64,000 nucleotides of DNA from Lingula anatina (taxonomy: Eukaryota; Animalia; Brachiopoda). A program made the translations under genes and the position numbers. The DNA lies in the NCBI GenBank assembly GCA_051362555.1, contig CM120649.1:18924567-18988566 (forward strand). The letters run 5' to 3'. The first letter of the stretch is position 1; each line of letters starts with the position of its first letter. This document shows, in pieces, positions 25,613-39,347 of this stretch. The notes below the pieces were generated by a model. That model saw only the letters and a program-made list of their open reading frames with translations. It did no database searches and had not been told where the DNA came from.

Positions 25613-28600
25613 TTTGTACCGTGTATGAGCATGTGCTTGTGTGACCTTTCCGCCACCGTCTACTTATTTTAAATATGCTAAACGAAATGATGCAAACGAT
25701 TTTTATTATGTCCCCGTCCGGCAAAATCCTCATCCCGCCAGTGCTATTTATTTTACGTCCTGAAAGAGGTTGCCTCTGAATGTATATACATCATGAAACT
25801 TCTGAAGACCACGGAGAGAATGGAGAAAAAACATGATGCTACCAGTAGTGTGGCTACGCCTCAGTAGGCTATTATTCTGCTGTAATTAATACTGGTAAGT
25901 AGAATGTGATAAAATAAAAATGTTTTATTTGTATCTTGTGTGAATATTGCGAAACATACATACAATGCATGCTCATGAGAGACCAATCTATACTGATAAA
26001 ACAGACGGTGTTCCATATATCCTGTATCGATGATGAGTTACAGTACATGACCATGAAGCATATCCAAATGATATTGTTTTTGTAAAAATATTGAAGTCAT
26101 AAAGATATATATGCTATATTTTTACACAGTTAAACAGAGGTTGATTTTAATTTCAACTTGTAATTGAAGCCAATCCCTTTGCATCTCAAAGCAAATGTTG
26201 AAGTCGTTGAAGATATATTTACTGTGTTCATACACAATTAAACTGAAGTTGATTTTAATTTCACCATGGAGCTGAAGCCAATCCTTTTGCAACTTAAAGC
26301 ATCATTTTAAGCATTGATCACACTAATTTCCATTTATACACAATATTAACATGTGGAGCAGTATGTTAACTTGGACACCTGAATAATTTTATCAAAAATT
26401 GAAAGAATTATATTAAAAATAAGAAGTTTCTTATTTGACCATGAAATAATCCATGTGGTACACGTATTAGTAAATGCGGTAGGTCCTACCCATTTCCTTC
26501 AACCAGCCTGTGGACCTTAATCGGCGAGATTAATTCAGTAAAGATGTCACAGCACAAAAAGTCAATTTTCAGCTCTTTTACTCTTCAGGAAATGGGTCTG
26601 AATATTCTCTTTACAAGCCTTTTCAACGGTGTAAAGCTCTATCGGAAAGGTCAGGGTCTACGGGTTTACAACCCTTTTATGCCTAAGCTTAAAATTGTAG
26701 TTGCACTATTACTACGTCTTTCCGATCAAGTATAGGCGTCTAAAAACAACCTCTTTACAATTCCTTTCCGATCAAATATAGGCGATTTATGACACGTCTT
26801 TATAACCCTTTTCCGATGAAGTAAATGCGATATGAGGTACGTCATTATAACCCTTTTCCGATCAAATAAAGGCGATTTTAGGTAAGTATTTACTACTCTT
26901 TTCTAATCAAATAAGAACGATTATAGTTATTTCAATTACTTATAGCACTGATAATGTTTCAAATTCAAGTAGCATTTCATTTAGTGAGAGGAAGGCTTGT
27001 GAATTTTCAATTATAGTAATTTATTGCAAAAAAAAAAAAAACAACAATAACCATTACAATGCAGTGGGAATTATGTTTATAAAGCGCAATACATCTACTA
27101 TATTTCACATGTGGAAAGTAATCTTACACTAATTAATGTATTATTTTGTACACTCATTATACGCACACCCTAAACAATAGCGAATACCATTAAAAAAATT
27201 ACCTAGTAAAATAATTACGCAAATAAATACGAACCACATTTAAATACGACTTTCCAGAACAAAATCTAAGCAAAAGTGCAATTATAGGAATATCACAGAT
27301 TCATAAACAGTCAGGCTTTTTCCATTATCTATCCGACATCTGGTAAACATATGATGAAAACGAAAACGACAGTTCTTATCCATCGACTTTGCAGAGGGTG
27401 GCCGCTCGTTAAATAACATGCTAATTATGTGTGCCCTAATTGCCCGACCCCGTTTTAAAAATTACACTCATTAAGTATTTTTGTTCACATTGAGTAAGGC
27501 GATGAAGCCTAGCTTCCAAGGAAAGATGAAATATTGTCACCAAAACCCCTACAAAATGCGAAGGCTAAAGAAATAAAATAACATTAAAAATATGGGAAAA
27601 TTAAAAACAAGAGAAACGCAACACAACATGTACCTAAAATATCCGACTAACTTAAAGTATTTAATCAAAATCAAATAAATGCTGCTCAAATTCTAAGAGA
27701 AAAATGTACTTTTGGAATAAATCTGTAGAAAATACAGATATTTATTTCTTGAGGTCTGTGAAACGTTCATCTTATTTAGCGTGATTTGTGAAGCACCCCA
27801 TTCAAGCAACTTATGAATGCAATTGTTTATTCTCCGCCCTTCGTGAAACGAAGACATTATACCCGGTGATACGTGATTTTCAGGATATTTTTAAAATGCC
27901 TACTATCAGTGAGATAATAATACTCTGTGATTTGTGTATTGATGATTTAGCTTCCCGCGTACTGTGGTCATTCCCCTCCCCAATTGGACTTTCAAGACTG
28001 GGCCTGAATTAAAACATATCAGTTTACTTGGGATCACAGCAAAATAATATACAAACATATGTTCAAATATAAGAAGTACTGATCTCATTGTAATAACAAT
28101 ATATATAAAAACAGTAAGTAAAAATCAATCACCGTAAAGGAGATATATTAACATTTTTCATGTAGAATACCGTGATATTATCTAATCTACAACTGTGGAC
28201 TCAAATCGTCCTTGCGTGTATATTATTTTCCACACATCAAATCGCCCTTGCGTGTAAATTATTTTCCACACATCAATTTGAGCACTTCTTTAGCCTGGCA
28301 GACCCCCGCGTCAGATATTTCTGCCGTTGCCCCTTCAACACCTTCCCCTTGTTCAGTGCTGCTATCGCCCTTTCCTTTTTTCCAGTGCGGTGTCCTTCTT
28401 AACGGTTTCTGTGAAGATATAACGAAATGATATCAAAATATAATGTGTATTAAACATAACTGGGTAAAAGGAACAGCATGTCTGACTAAAAAAAAATTCA
28501 GAGAAAGTATCAGAATAGATTGAGAATTACAAGAATGCATGTACCACTACAACAGACATGGAGAATGTAATAAAATCAAAGACTTGGTAATTTATCAACA

Positions 28601-30113
28601 CACATTGAGAATCAATTATCAAAAATGAAAATAGATTAATATTATGAAAATAACAAAAGGAATGAAACCACTTACTGTCTTCATCCTCTCGTTTTTCCTG
28701 TACATTTACTTTGTACTCTGTCTCTGTGGCTATCTTCACACCACACCACATCCTCCCCTTTGCAGTTGCGATTAAATATTCGTTGTTTGGGGGTGCGGCG
28801 ATTTATTTATTTTCATGTGAAAAATGAATTTCTATGAAGAGATCAGTATATTGCGATATGATACATTTTCATTAGCAGAAACCGTGTAAAGGTGACACAC
28901 GATGCACGTTTAATGTGCAGTGATTCTTCACTTACGTGGTTTAACCACCCCCTTCTCTTCGTCACCCACTGTGAGCAAGATATCATCATCAATAGAAAAG
29001 TACTCCTGTTATATACGTAATACGGCACATCATACTGATGATGTTTGCTATATACATGTATCAACATATTTATCGCTGCGTAACCTTGCAAAATAACAAT
29101 GGTCTTATATACTAATAGTTATTCAGTTTTCAAGCAAGGTTTTTATGACAGCCAGTTTAGAACTAATGGTTTACTAATGGTTCTAGACATGGTCTATCGA
29201 GCGAAATTTTATCGCGGGATGTGCTACGATCAGTTGTTGGGCAATACGTATTCATCAAATAAAAAAAAATGTTTTAATTCATCTCCAGTCAACATTGGTA
29301 TTAAAGTATTTTTGTTTTCGTCTTTTAGCTGGATGAAATATTGAAGGTGACCGTGACGTACATTGTTGTTAGTCGGGCTTTGTTAAAACTTCCCCGGCCA
29401 CCAGCGCATAGAATGACACATCTTTATCCTTTTTTGTTTGTTCTCCGCTCAGTGTTGATTAAATATTAGAACGTTTAACGGTCACCCGCTGGTTCTTCCA
29501 ACTCCCTTATTAATTAAAGATTGGTTGCACCACTGCACACGCTGATTCAATGCATAAGCACTACATCTTGTCCATCAGTGTAATAAACTTAAGATCTATT
29601 TAAACTGCAGCAGTCTAAATCGCGACCGTCAAAGGAATCTTTATTAATACACCTTATTAATTGAAAAAATAAAAATTAAAAATACACTGACTGTGTATCA
29701 TGATTTCAGTGAAAGCTTCCTCAGGAGAGATGTTCTTATGATCGGGATGATCACGCCTTTCGACAGTTTATACATGTAGCGCACCTAAGATAATAAAATG
29801 AAATTTTCAAAGGAATTAACAGTATAAATCTTTCAGTTCCATTGAAATCTCATGTTCTTAAATGTCAGTCACAATCCAATAACGACCGTCACATACTCGT
29901 AATACCAAGGCAGGACCCCTGCGGATAAACGTTGTTCAGTCGCGAAGAAAGACGAACGAGATTAAGCCTGTTGAAAGGCCGTGTAAAAGAGAAAGGGGTA
30001 CTCCTGCGCGGAAAAACGTCATTCAGTCCTGCGTTGTAAAGACCAGCTTGCACTGTTCCGACGTCATTCCGCGGAGGCTGAAAAATCGGAAAGATTTGTT
30101 TTTGTGCTGTGTG

Positions 30114-33100
30114 TTAAAGGACAGTGTTCTTCGGTTCTCCATTACTTTCCTGAAAAACCTTATTGTCAGTGCCCGTTGTCCTCGGACTCGAATCTGTGTT
30201 CTCTGTTTTTTCTGTTATGTCTGTGTTATTGACCACGCTGCGACATATATCAAATCTCCTAGGTAAAATATCATTTTTGAAGAAAAGGTCGGTTACATAC
30301 GAAACCCCAAGAATGGCTATGAAAGCGACGATCACGCAAAAAGTCCTGTGAGGAAATAGCTGCTCACCTTCCCCGCCATTCGCCTCGTGGTCGTAGAAAG
30401 GCCAGAAGATGATTGGCTGCAGAGACAGCATTGGCTCCCCGCTAAGTCCCCGGATGACCCAAGACAGAATGTAACCAACGATCGAACCGTAGGCATTGGT
30501 GAAATCAACAAATAGCACTGCTGTCAACTGCGGGAAAAGGACAACGTAGACGATTTCAAGGAATTGCGTTGCCAAGGAAAATATGCTCTCTATTTTGATT
30601 GCTAGATAGGCGGCTACTACGGCGAAGACCAACATGAAGAACCTCATCACCCAGACCAATTCTTGATCTTTAGCCTAGATAAAAAAAAAAAAAAAACGTG
30701 GAGGCCATCACTAAATTTTATAATATATCGGCGTTTTTTCCACCTCATATCCCAGTCAGTAATTTGTTTTCAATAGTCACATACTACATACCCTCACACA
30801 CCCCCATGCTGTGAGAGGTAGGATGGGAAACAGACTTACATGTAATATAAAGGTGTACACGTACCGATACACTGTACCTACGGAATAACAATTTTCAAAT
30901 CCGTTGCCCCGCGGTCTAAATTTCCAAATGCATCAGGCTTGTTTACAGAAAATGCGCTTTCAACGAGCCAAACCACATTTATTCCAATGGACATTCCTTT
31001 CGAAACTTGGAACATATCAATATTTTCTTAAGTTAACATTAACACACCTTGTGTCTCCTCAGCACTCTCCATACATTGCCTGAAAACAGAGAACTTGAGG
31101 ACAAAATCAGGGAATCAGCAGACGACATGACGGCGGCGCTCATGGCCCCGAGACCAAACATGGAGACCACAAAGGGACACAGGTACTGGAGAACCAGGGA
31201 GCAGATAAACTTTTTGTCTTCCTGAGGGATAGGGATGGTGCCCTCGTAAGCCGTCTCTGTCCAATCTGCAAGCATTAAATAAAAAACAAAATATTTTGTT
31301 CTTTCTCAACAAGGATATTTTTGGTATTTTATTGTTTTTTCTAGTTATTTCTATTGACAGTAATGCATGTAACAAAAACTTAAATGTACATGCACATATG
31401 TGGCATATATCTCTTTTTATATTTTTTAAATATCTGACATAAGCTTGGGATAGGAGGCTGGAATTCTGAGAAACTTTTGGTTACTTTCTGTGGTAAATGT
31501 ACATGTCTTGTTAAAACCTTGTTCAGGTAATGACAAAAATGTGTCATCACCAAGCGGTCAATTACTATGCTTGAAGTTGAAGATGCCAGAACATTATCAG
31601 TGTTCGCATGTAATTTGATGATGGCATTGAATATATTCCCGGCCTGTGGTATCTGAGTTGTGAGCATGCGCAGAAACTTACTCGATGAGGCAGCTGCCAA
31701 TCCCAGTAAAACCGGGGGTATTGTACCGAGAACGGTCCCCACTGCTCCGGCATAGCACACGATCTGAGCTTTCCTTATCGTTTTGACGGCAAGAACCCGC
31801 TGGAACAACGGCTGAAAGTAACAGTTTCCAATATGTATTGGTCTTTAACATTTAGTAATTTTAACTAAAAATAAAAGTTAAAATTAAATACTGTCTCATA
31901 CATTTTATGAAATAATAAAAAATACATTCGTGAATCTTTATAATTAGAAAAGAATATTACGTATATCAATCTCGTTCAAGATGTTTTGCCCCACCCAAAA
32001 CATATCGATATAAACCGCCACCACGCCCTAAAATTGTGAAAAAAAAGGAAAAAGTGAGGGCCTTTGTATCATAGTAATTTGTTCACATTTTTTTTATTTT
32101 AGACGCTAGCTGCGGAGCCTAGAATGATCTTTGACGCTCACTTCGGCTAATTCCGTCACCAGCCACGAGGCACGGAGACAGCCGAAGTATACCGAACGGG
32201 TTTCACGACTCAGCACACCTTACCTGGAAAGGTATGCCCCCCAGGATGATCTGGAGGGCCACGTCTATGAAGGTAGCTATACGTTTGGGCTGGACCTCCC
32301 CGACCCACGTGGTCATGGAGTCAGGCAGGGGAGTGACCGACGGGTGAGAAAGCGCAAATGGAGCAGCGACACCCTGTGGAAATAGAACGACAAGTTGTCT
32401 GAGTCAATACACAGCGTTGTCATTTCTAAAGGAACTGTATACTGGATAAACACTGTTGAGATAAATAAGACTGAACATATATTTTATGTTGGATTGTTTA
32501 GTGAAAACACCGGATTTATAAAGACATTATGCAAACTAACCCAAAATTAGGAAAAACAAACATGTACATGTAATTGGAAATACTAGAATAGCTTGACTGT
32601 TAGGTGTGTAACGATTTGAGCTGCAAATGAGTTCTGACACTTTTTTCTTGTCGCATCATCTATAAACCATATCCATGATGCTTGTTCAGTTTTTATAATT
32701 TTTTGTTTATTTTATATTTTTGTTAGCTTAATTTATTATCCTTTACTCTTCTTACACAAAGTAAGTGAGGTACGCGCGCTTACCAGGCCTATAAACAACA
32801 GGAAGACTTGTATGACGTCAGTGTACGACACGGAGTATAGGCCCCCGAACAGAGTGTACGCCAAGACCACTGCGGTGGACACGATCACTGCAGTGGAGTG
32901 GTCCATACCGATCACCACTGTCAGGGTGGTGCCTGGAAAATATGGAGAACGTGTTTCTTTTTTTATATATTATAGCCTTCGCAAAACTAAGTTGACTTTT
33001 TACAGTAGTTTTGGAGCACAGACATACAGGACAAAGAGTGGGAGTGATAAGAAAAAGAGTTATAACATATAACGTAAGAAGAGTTATATTGATATTTTGT

Positions 33101-35155
33101 AAAAGAAGTTTAAAAAAGGAGAAAAGCGGGGATCACTGTGAAGCTCTAAAAAACAATATGTTCTATACGTACCTAAAGACGCAAGCGTCGCTGCACACCA
33201 AAACAAATCCCCAGAGAGTGCTGGTATGAACATCAATACCGTCATCACTTCCCCAAACTTCTTTTCAAATGCGTCAAGCATAGTGATGTAACCCCGGCTA
33301 CGCATTCTTTCCACATAAAACAGGCCAGCTGTTGGTTTAACGAGAAAGAAAACATGTTTTTAATACCTGAATTTTAAATAAGTCTATGTCTATTTGGAGA
33401 AAGTACTAGCTGTCAAAAGCGCACTGGTTTCGGTTACAGTTGTATTCTTTTTCATGTAAAACTACTTTTATTTGTCGTTGTCACTATACAGTTAAACTGA
33501 ATGTTCCCAAGAAAGTAGAAATCTAAAACTAAACATATAACCGCAATAATATTACTGACGCCATCGTCCAAACAACAAGGTGAAATGAAGACGGTCATTG
33601 TGGTTTTGAATTCGGGACACATGTAGTGGTAATGTAACCAGGGACTTATAATATCTCGGAATTATCGGTGGCCGAATTAGTCAAGGAGAATACGTTGTAA
33701 GATTGAATGAAACTGCAAGCAGTAGCTTCGTGCAATTGGCTGGCCCCTTCTTTTTCTTCTTATTCTATGAGTTTATGTTTATAAACACGGTCTTATTAAG
33801 TCTGGGATGGTGTAGAGTCAAACTTCAGCACCCCGAGTTATCGCAATTCTTCTGTTTACGTAGTACACTACCACGCTGTTATGATGCTTATAGATTATAA
33901 AATGCAAACACAGACTTTATGTATATGATAGACAACCACAAATAATTACAACAGGCGTTTTGTTCCCTATCACTGAAAAGGTTAACGTCCTCAGAGGTAG
34001 AAATGAGACGTCCCAAACTTAAAGACCCATTTTGCGTCATCCTCATCGACCGGAGGGCCTTAGGGTCAAAGTGTCCGCGCCGGAGCGTAAATGCGTAAAT
34101 GTCCGCGGTGACATACAGTACCAGTCATTCATAAATGGTACCTGTTGTCCTCCTGCTCAGCACTCAGCAATTGGGAGATGAAGCAGGGGCATAGTTCGTG
34201 TTGTAGCAGCGAAAGTTCTTGCTGTTTATTGCTGCCTTTCAGAACCTAATACAACAGCTTGACTGTTAACCCCAGTTTGTATGATAAAACGTCAGTATTG
34301 TCTAAGCAGTGAAAGTCGAATATATATATACATTGTATATACGTGAGTCAATGTAGGTATATCTAAGGTATATCTAACGTAGACGTGAGCTCATCCATCA
34401 ATAGACAGTTTAATGCTCATATTTGCATCTAATAAACATGAGTGTAATACTAGGGCACTTTTCCCAATGAACCTTTCGTTCTACGTAGATCAATCCGACC
34501 CTGCGTGGAATCAAGCTCTTTTTGCACCTCCACCTTGTGTACGGATGAGCTTGCTCTCCAGTAGACAAAACAGTGCTGCATGGCAAGCGCTCGAGTAAAA
34601 AAAATCAAAATGGTGGCATTTATCTATTGCTGCAAAAGGCCATTTTTGCTCATTTAACTATAATGCTGGTACCCCTATGCATCTTGAAACTTGGAAAATA
34701 CATGTGTTGTTTAGGGCGAAATTTGTGCATCCATCTTCCTCGGTGATATCCCCGTATTCTCTGTCATGTACCAGTGCGCGTTGTAAACCACGCTATGATT
34801 TAAATTAAACATCTTGGGTAAAATAAGATACCCTTCTTGAAGAAAACCCTGTCATGTGTGACGTGTACTATGTATGGCTATACAATCGTCGATCTCAGAA
34901 AAAATCCGGTGTACAAAAATGCTCTTTGCCACCTCTTTCATTTTTTTTGACAGGTGGCAATGTAAATGATGATTTATGGCTCAGATGGCCAATTTAGGTT
35001 AAATTATGCCTTATTTTGGATTACGCAAAGTCGGAGTAGTGTATTTTCTGAGCCTGACATGAGGTAAGATGCGGGTGTTTGATATCGATAAGCATTCTAC
35101 GGTGCAGTGCAAACCGTAATACAACTGATCAACACTAGGCACAATCTATTAAATA

Positions 35156-35200
<45 letters not shown>

Positions 35201-38200
35201 GGGAGTAAAATTGAATCTGAAAAAGTAAATTATAAACAATTATTTATCATTGCAATTTGTATGCTTCATATCCATATTGTTCTAGAGTCCTAGACAATTT
35301 TTAGAGCCCAGTGGTACCATGACATACAATACCCACCTAGGACAAGGGTGATGGCATACCCCAGTGGTACCATGACATACAATACCCACCTAGGACAAGG
35401 GTGACGGCATACCCCAGTGGTACCATGACATACAATACCCACCTAGGACAAGGGTGATGGCATACCCCAGTAGTACCATGATATACAAGACCCACCTAGG
35501 ACAAGGGTGACGGCATACCCCAGTGGTACCATGACATACAATACCCACCTAGGACAAGGCTGACGGCATACCCCAGTGGTACCATGACATACAATACCCA
35601 CCTATGACAAGGGTGACGGCATACCCCACTAGTACCATGACATAAAATACCCACCTAGGACAAGGGTGACGGCATACCCCAGTAGTACCATGACATACAA
35701 TACCCACCTAGGACAAGTGTGACGGCATACCCCAGTGGTACCATGACATACAATACCCACCTAGGACAAGGGTGACGGCATACCCCAGTGGTACCATGAC
35801 ATACAAGACCCACCTAGGACAAGGGTGATGGCATACCCCAGTAGTACCATGACATACAATACCCACCTAGGACAAGGGTGATGGCATACCCCAGTGGTAC
35901 CATGACATTCAATACCCACCTAGGACAAGGGTGACGGCATACCCCAGTGGTACCATGACATAAAATACCCACCTAGGACAAGGGTGACGGCATACCCCAG
36001 TGGTACCATGACATACAATACCCACCTAGGACAAGGGTGATGGCATACCCCAGTGGTACCATGGCATACAATACCCACCTAGGACAAGGGTGACGGCATA
36101 CCCCAGTAGTACCATGACATACAATACCCACCTAGGACAAGGGTGACGGCATACCCCAGTGGTACCATGACATACAATACCCACCTAGGACAAGTGTGAC
36201 GGCATACCCCAGTGGTACCATGACAGCAGGCATGCCTTGACTGAATACCCCTTCCACTGTCCCAGCTATCATGGAGCCATCCACCCAGGTGGCTGAAATG
36301 AAGAAAAGGAGAGAGTTTACTGAAAGTAGTTATTGGCAATAAACTGAACTTAGCGATGACCAGAAATGACAGACCTGGGGAATCATATCTGGGGACATAT
36401 TATTACCACACGTTAGAGTTATTCACGGATATAATATGACATATTATGGGTTAGTAATGTGAAAATGAAGAAAGTCAGGTCTGTAAAAAGTAATGGGAAA
36501 CGGAATGCGGTCCCGATGCGACTACAATTCTTATACAAATCAGATCAGACATGCAAAAAGACAGACATATCGGACAGACGTACAGACAGACAAACAGACA
36601 GACGGATAGACAAACTAACAGTGAAGTTTCGGAGAAAGAAGGAGAATCTTCGCGTACTGAACATCTTTATTGTTGCAAGCGAGCAAATGTGCTCCCCATG
36701 AGGGACTAAAAATGACTACTAACATACGCATGAAACAAAAGTTCTGCTGTTATAGCCCTCTGACATCTGTTAGACATATCAGAAAATCAATTTTTTCACG
36801 CCAGATGTGAAAAGCAAAACGGACAATCTAAACAAGTACCTCTATGTCAATGAGGCACCCACTACCAAGATTTTTATAAAGGCAATTGGATTATACGCCT
36901 TATGTCGTCCAGTGCTTTAATACAGCTGTGCCAAAAACCATGACAAAACATTATTCTTTTCTACATTTATTTAAATTCAACTGCTCTAGCTTAAAAGCGC
37001 TCCTTATAAGTCATTCCAACATGGACAAAGATTGAACATGTGTACATGTACTCTACTAGTGCTTGTACACGGTGTCCTGAAAGACAACACACCGAAAAAA
37101 ACATTAGTACATGTACATTTATGTCTCCTCCATCCCAGTGCACCACAAACTTGCATAATCCCATTCATAACAAAAGAGAAGGCAACAAAGACTATCGGGT
37201 GTTCGTGATTTGGCCCAACAAGGCCGCTTTTAATTTATAAACTCACTATCCTAATAATTTTAACAATAATAACAATGTAGCAAATTGTTTCCTGCATTAA
37301 ATGTTATGGCCTTAGGGATAAAAATTAAATATGAAATATTAAATAAGACTCATCATCCTAAAAGTAATGATGTGACGAGTCAGCAAAAGTTATTATTTTT
37401 AAACAATTTTGCACAAAATTTTTCTGTATAACTGAGATATTGGGCGGTGAGAGAAAAACAGGTGAGTCTTGAAGGACGATAAGACCGCAGGGTACTGGTT
37501 TACATTGCACTTTCGGGAGATAAACTATCAGCGAGTTAATACTGATGTAATGGTACATTCTACGTATTGGAAATACTGTTATCAAGTCACCGCCTCGGGT
37601 GAACGACATCGGAGTGGTCTTGGACAGCAAACGTGGATATATGCTGTTTGTTAACTAGCAGCGTGTACACTTTGGTGTATGCGCACACACAACCTGCAAA
37701 TTTCTAGACAGACACAATAATAAAAGCAGAACTAATGCATGCTTTCGAGTCAACTAAATTGCTGCTGCTACAGTCAATTTTTTGGTTCACTCGGTGAGGA
37801 GATATAGGCCCTATATGGGAGAATAATTGGTATAAACGGCAATTTTAACCAAGCCACAAGCAATAAAGTGGACAGATACCCGGTACTACACTGTGGTAAT
37901 AGTGACCATACCTTTTAAAGTTGTACTAAATGCACACATTCTCTTTATCTTTACAAATTTTGAATTTTCAAAATAATAATTTTGGCCTCGAAATTTCCGC
38001 GTTTAAAAGAGCCCGTCTTTCTTTATATTCACACAAGTTATTGTTTACGTGACGTAAATGGGTAAAAAAAGGACGAGTCTTGCCTGTAAAATTTAATGGA
38101 AACCAGACCCGGGTTGTACTAGTAGCACAGGGGTCTCCCTAGTATACGACACCGGCAATCACCCTTTATATATTTATATAAAGGGTATTACAGTCTACTG

Positions 38201-39347
38201 TATAGGGGACATTTCGTGTTGGTCCACATACGACTAAGTTCAGCACCTACGCAGATAACATCACGACCCAAAGTCGTGATAAAATGCCAAATTCGTTCTC
38301 AAGATACATATTATTTATATGTTTATCTATCCATTTAAACTTTGTTCCATATGGGAAAAACATGGTAAGTTTCAAATGAATCTTCCCCATGACCCATTTT
38401 CTTTTGCGCCGCTTTCATTTGTGTTGCTTGGTCAGGAAATTAATAAGATAAATATAAAAATAAATAAATAGAGATTAATAAAATCCTTTGCCACTTTGCC
38501 ATTCATACATATTTCATCCACTATAAATATTTTCATCATACTTGCAAAATAGTTCTTTGCCAATGGTATGACACTTGCCAAAAACAGCACGTAAAATAAT
38601 GCCCATGCAGAGTCACCTCTTTATTCCATCAAATTTGCATCCTTGTTTTGATTCAACGATTAAAAATTTAATTGCGATTCTTTTGGTGTGAAGTCCCATT
38701 AACGTAAGACACTGTAATGCTAGAGCTAGCCGTTAGGTAACCAGGCGACCAAGATAGTTTTGCTAAACATGTTATAACCTACTATGAAAAGAAAACAAAA
38801 CAAAAACGGCGAGCATTCCTCCATATATACCCAGTCACGCAGGGCACAATGATTGTTTCACCTGGTACCACATACCTAATTTTTTTACTAACGTACTCAC
38901 TTAGGTCCCATTCCCCATAGACATCACCGGTCTACGTGAATCGACCCAAATCCGAGGGGACTCTCGCTAAATGCAAATCAGTTTTACTCATTAACACGCT
39001 TCCTCGTGGCGTTAAGCAGAAAATAGAAGTTCTGGTGATTATATGAGTACGTCGGAAACAAGAGGAAGGTTGCCATTCAGTTAAGGCCCTGCAGACTTGG
39101 GTCGATCCACGTAGACCGTTGGTGTCTATGGGGAATGGGGTCTTAGATCACTGCATAAACGCGCAAAGATACCTGTTAACGTGAACATGCCCAGCCATAA
39201 TCCTATATCTCTCCCAGCCAGAAAGACATCTTCCACTTTCTCCCTGCAGCACTGTCTTCTGTTCTTCCACGCCGCCCACAAACCGATGGCAAAGACGACA
39301 ACATACGACACGATGATTGCAATGAGTCCTGGCACCTGGACAGCCAT
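30114..39347 (-). CDS. SLC5A7: High-affinity choline transporter-like (SLC5/SSF sodium:solute symporter), 8 exons, ~548 aa
   Basis: Exons 39173-39347, 36185-36292, 33173-33328, 32784-32932, 32224-32373, 31682-31811, 31048-31265 and 30114-30674. All are GT-AG and in phase (1647 nt). CHT1-type motifs: LAGRDIGL, ATWV, GYITMLD, GGLYSVSYTD, LGGIPFQ..FQRVL, SAAVMSSADS, YVVLFPQL. Confidence 0.93.
35307..36225 (-). repeat. 53-bp minisatellite (17+ copies) made of the SLC5A7 exon-2 3' end plus its splice donor
   Basis: GT(G/A)GTACCAT recurs every 53 bp from 35311 to 36212. The unit on the coding strand is GTCATGGTACCACTGGGGTATGCCGTCACCCTTGTCCTAG|GTGGGTATTGTAT. Confidence 0.97.
38904..39142. mobile_element. 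Tourist/Harbinger-like MITE in SLC5A7 intron 1
   Basis: Imperfect TIR of about 50 bp (GGTCCCATTCCCCATAGACA..TCGACCCAA), with TTA on both flanks. Confidence 0.75.

Noticed and set aside
26090-26925. Short degenerate tandem repeats (~110 bp x2; ~43 bp x5)
   Set aside because: Ordinary diverged intergenic minisatellites with no coding or structural signal seen.
35307-36225. Regular array that could be mistaken for CRISPR
   Set aside because: Head-to-tail 53-bp units with no unique spacers, derived from a eukaryotic exon/intron junction; no cas genes.
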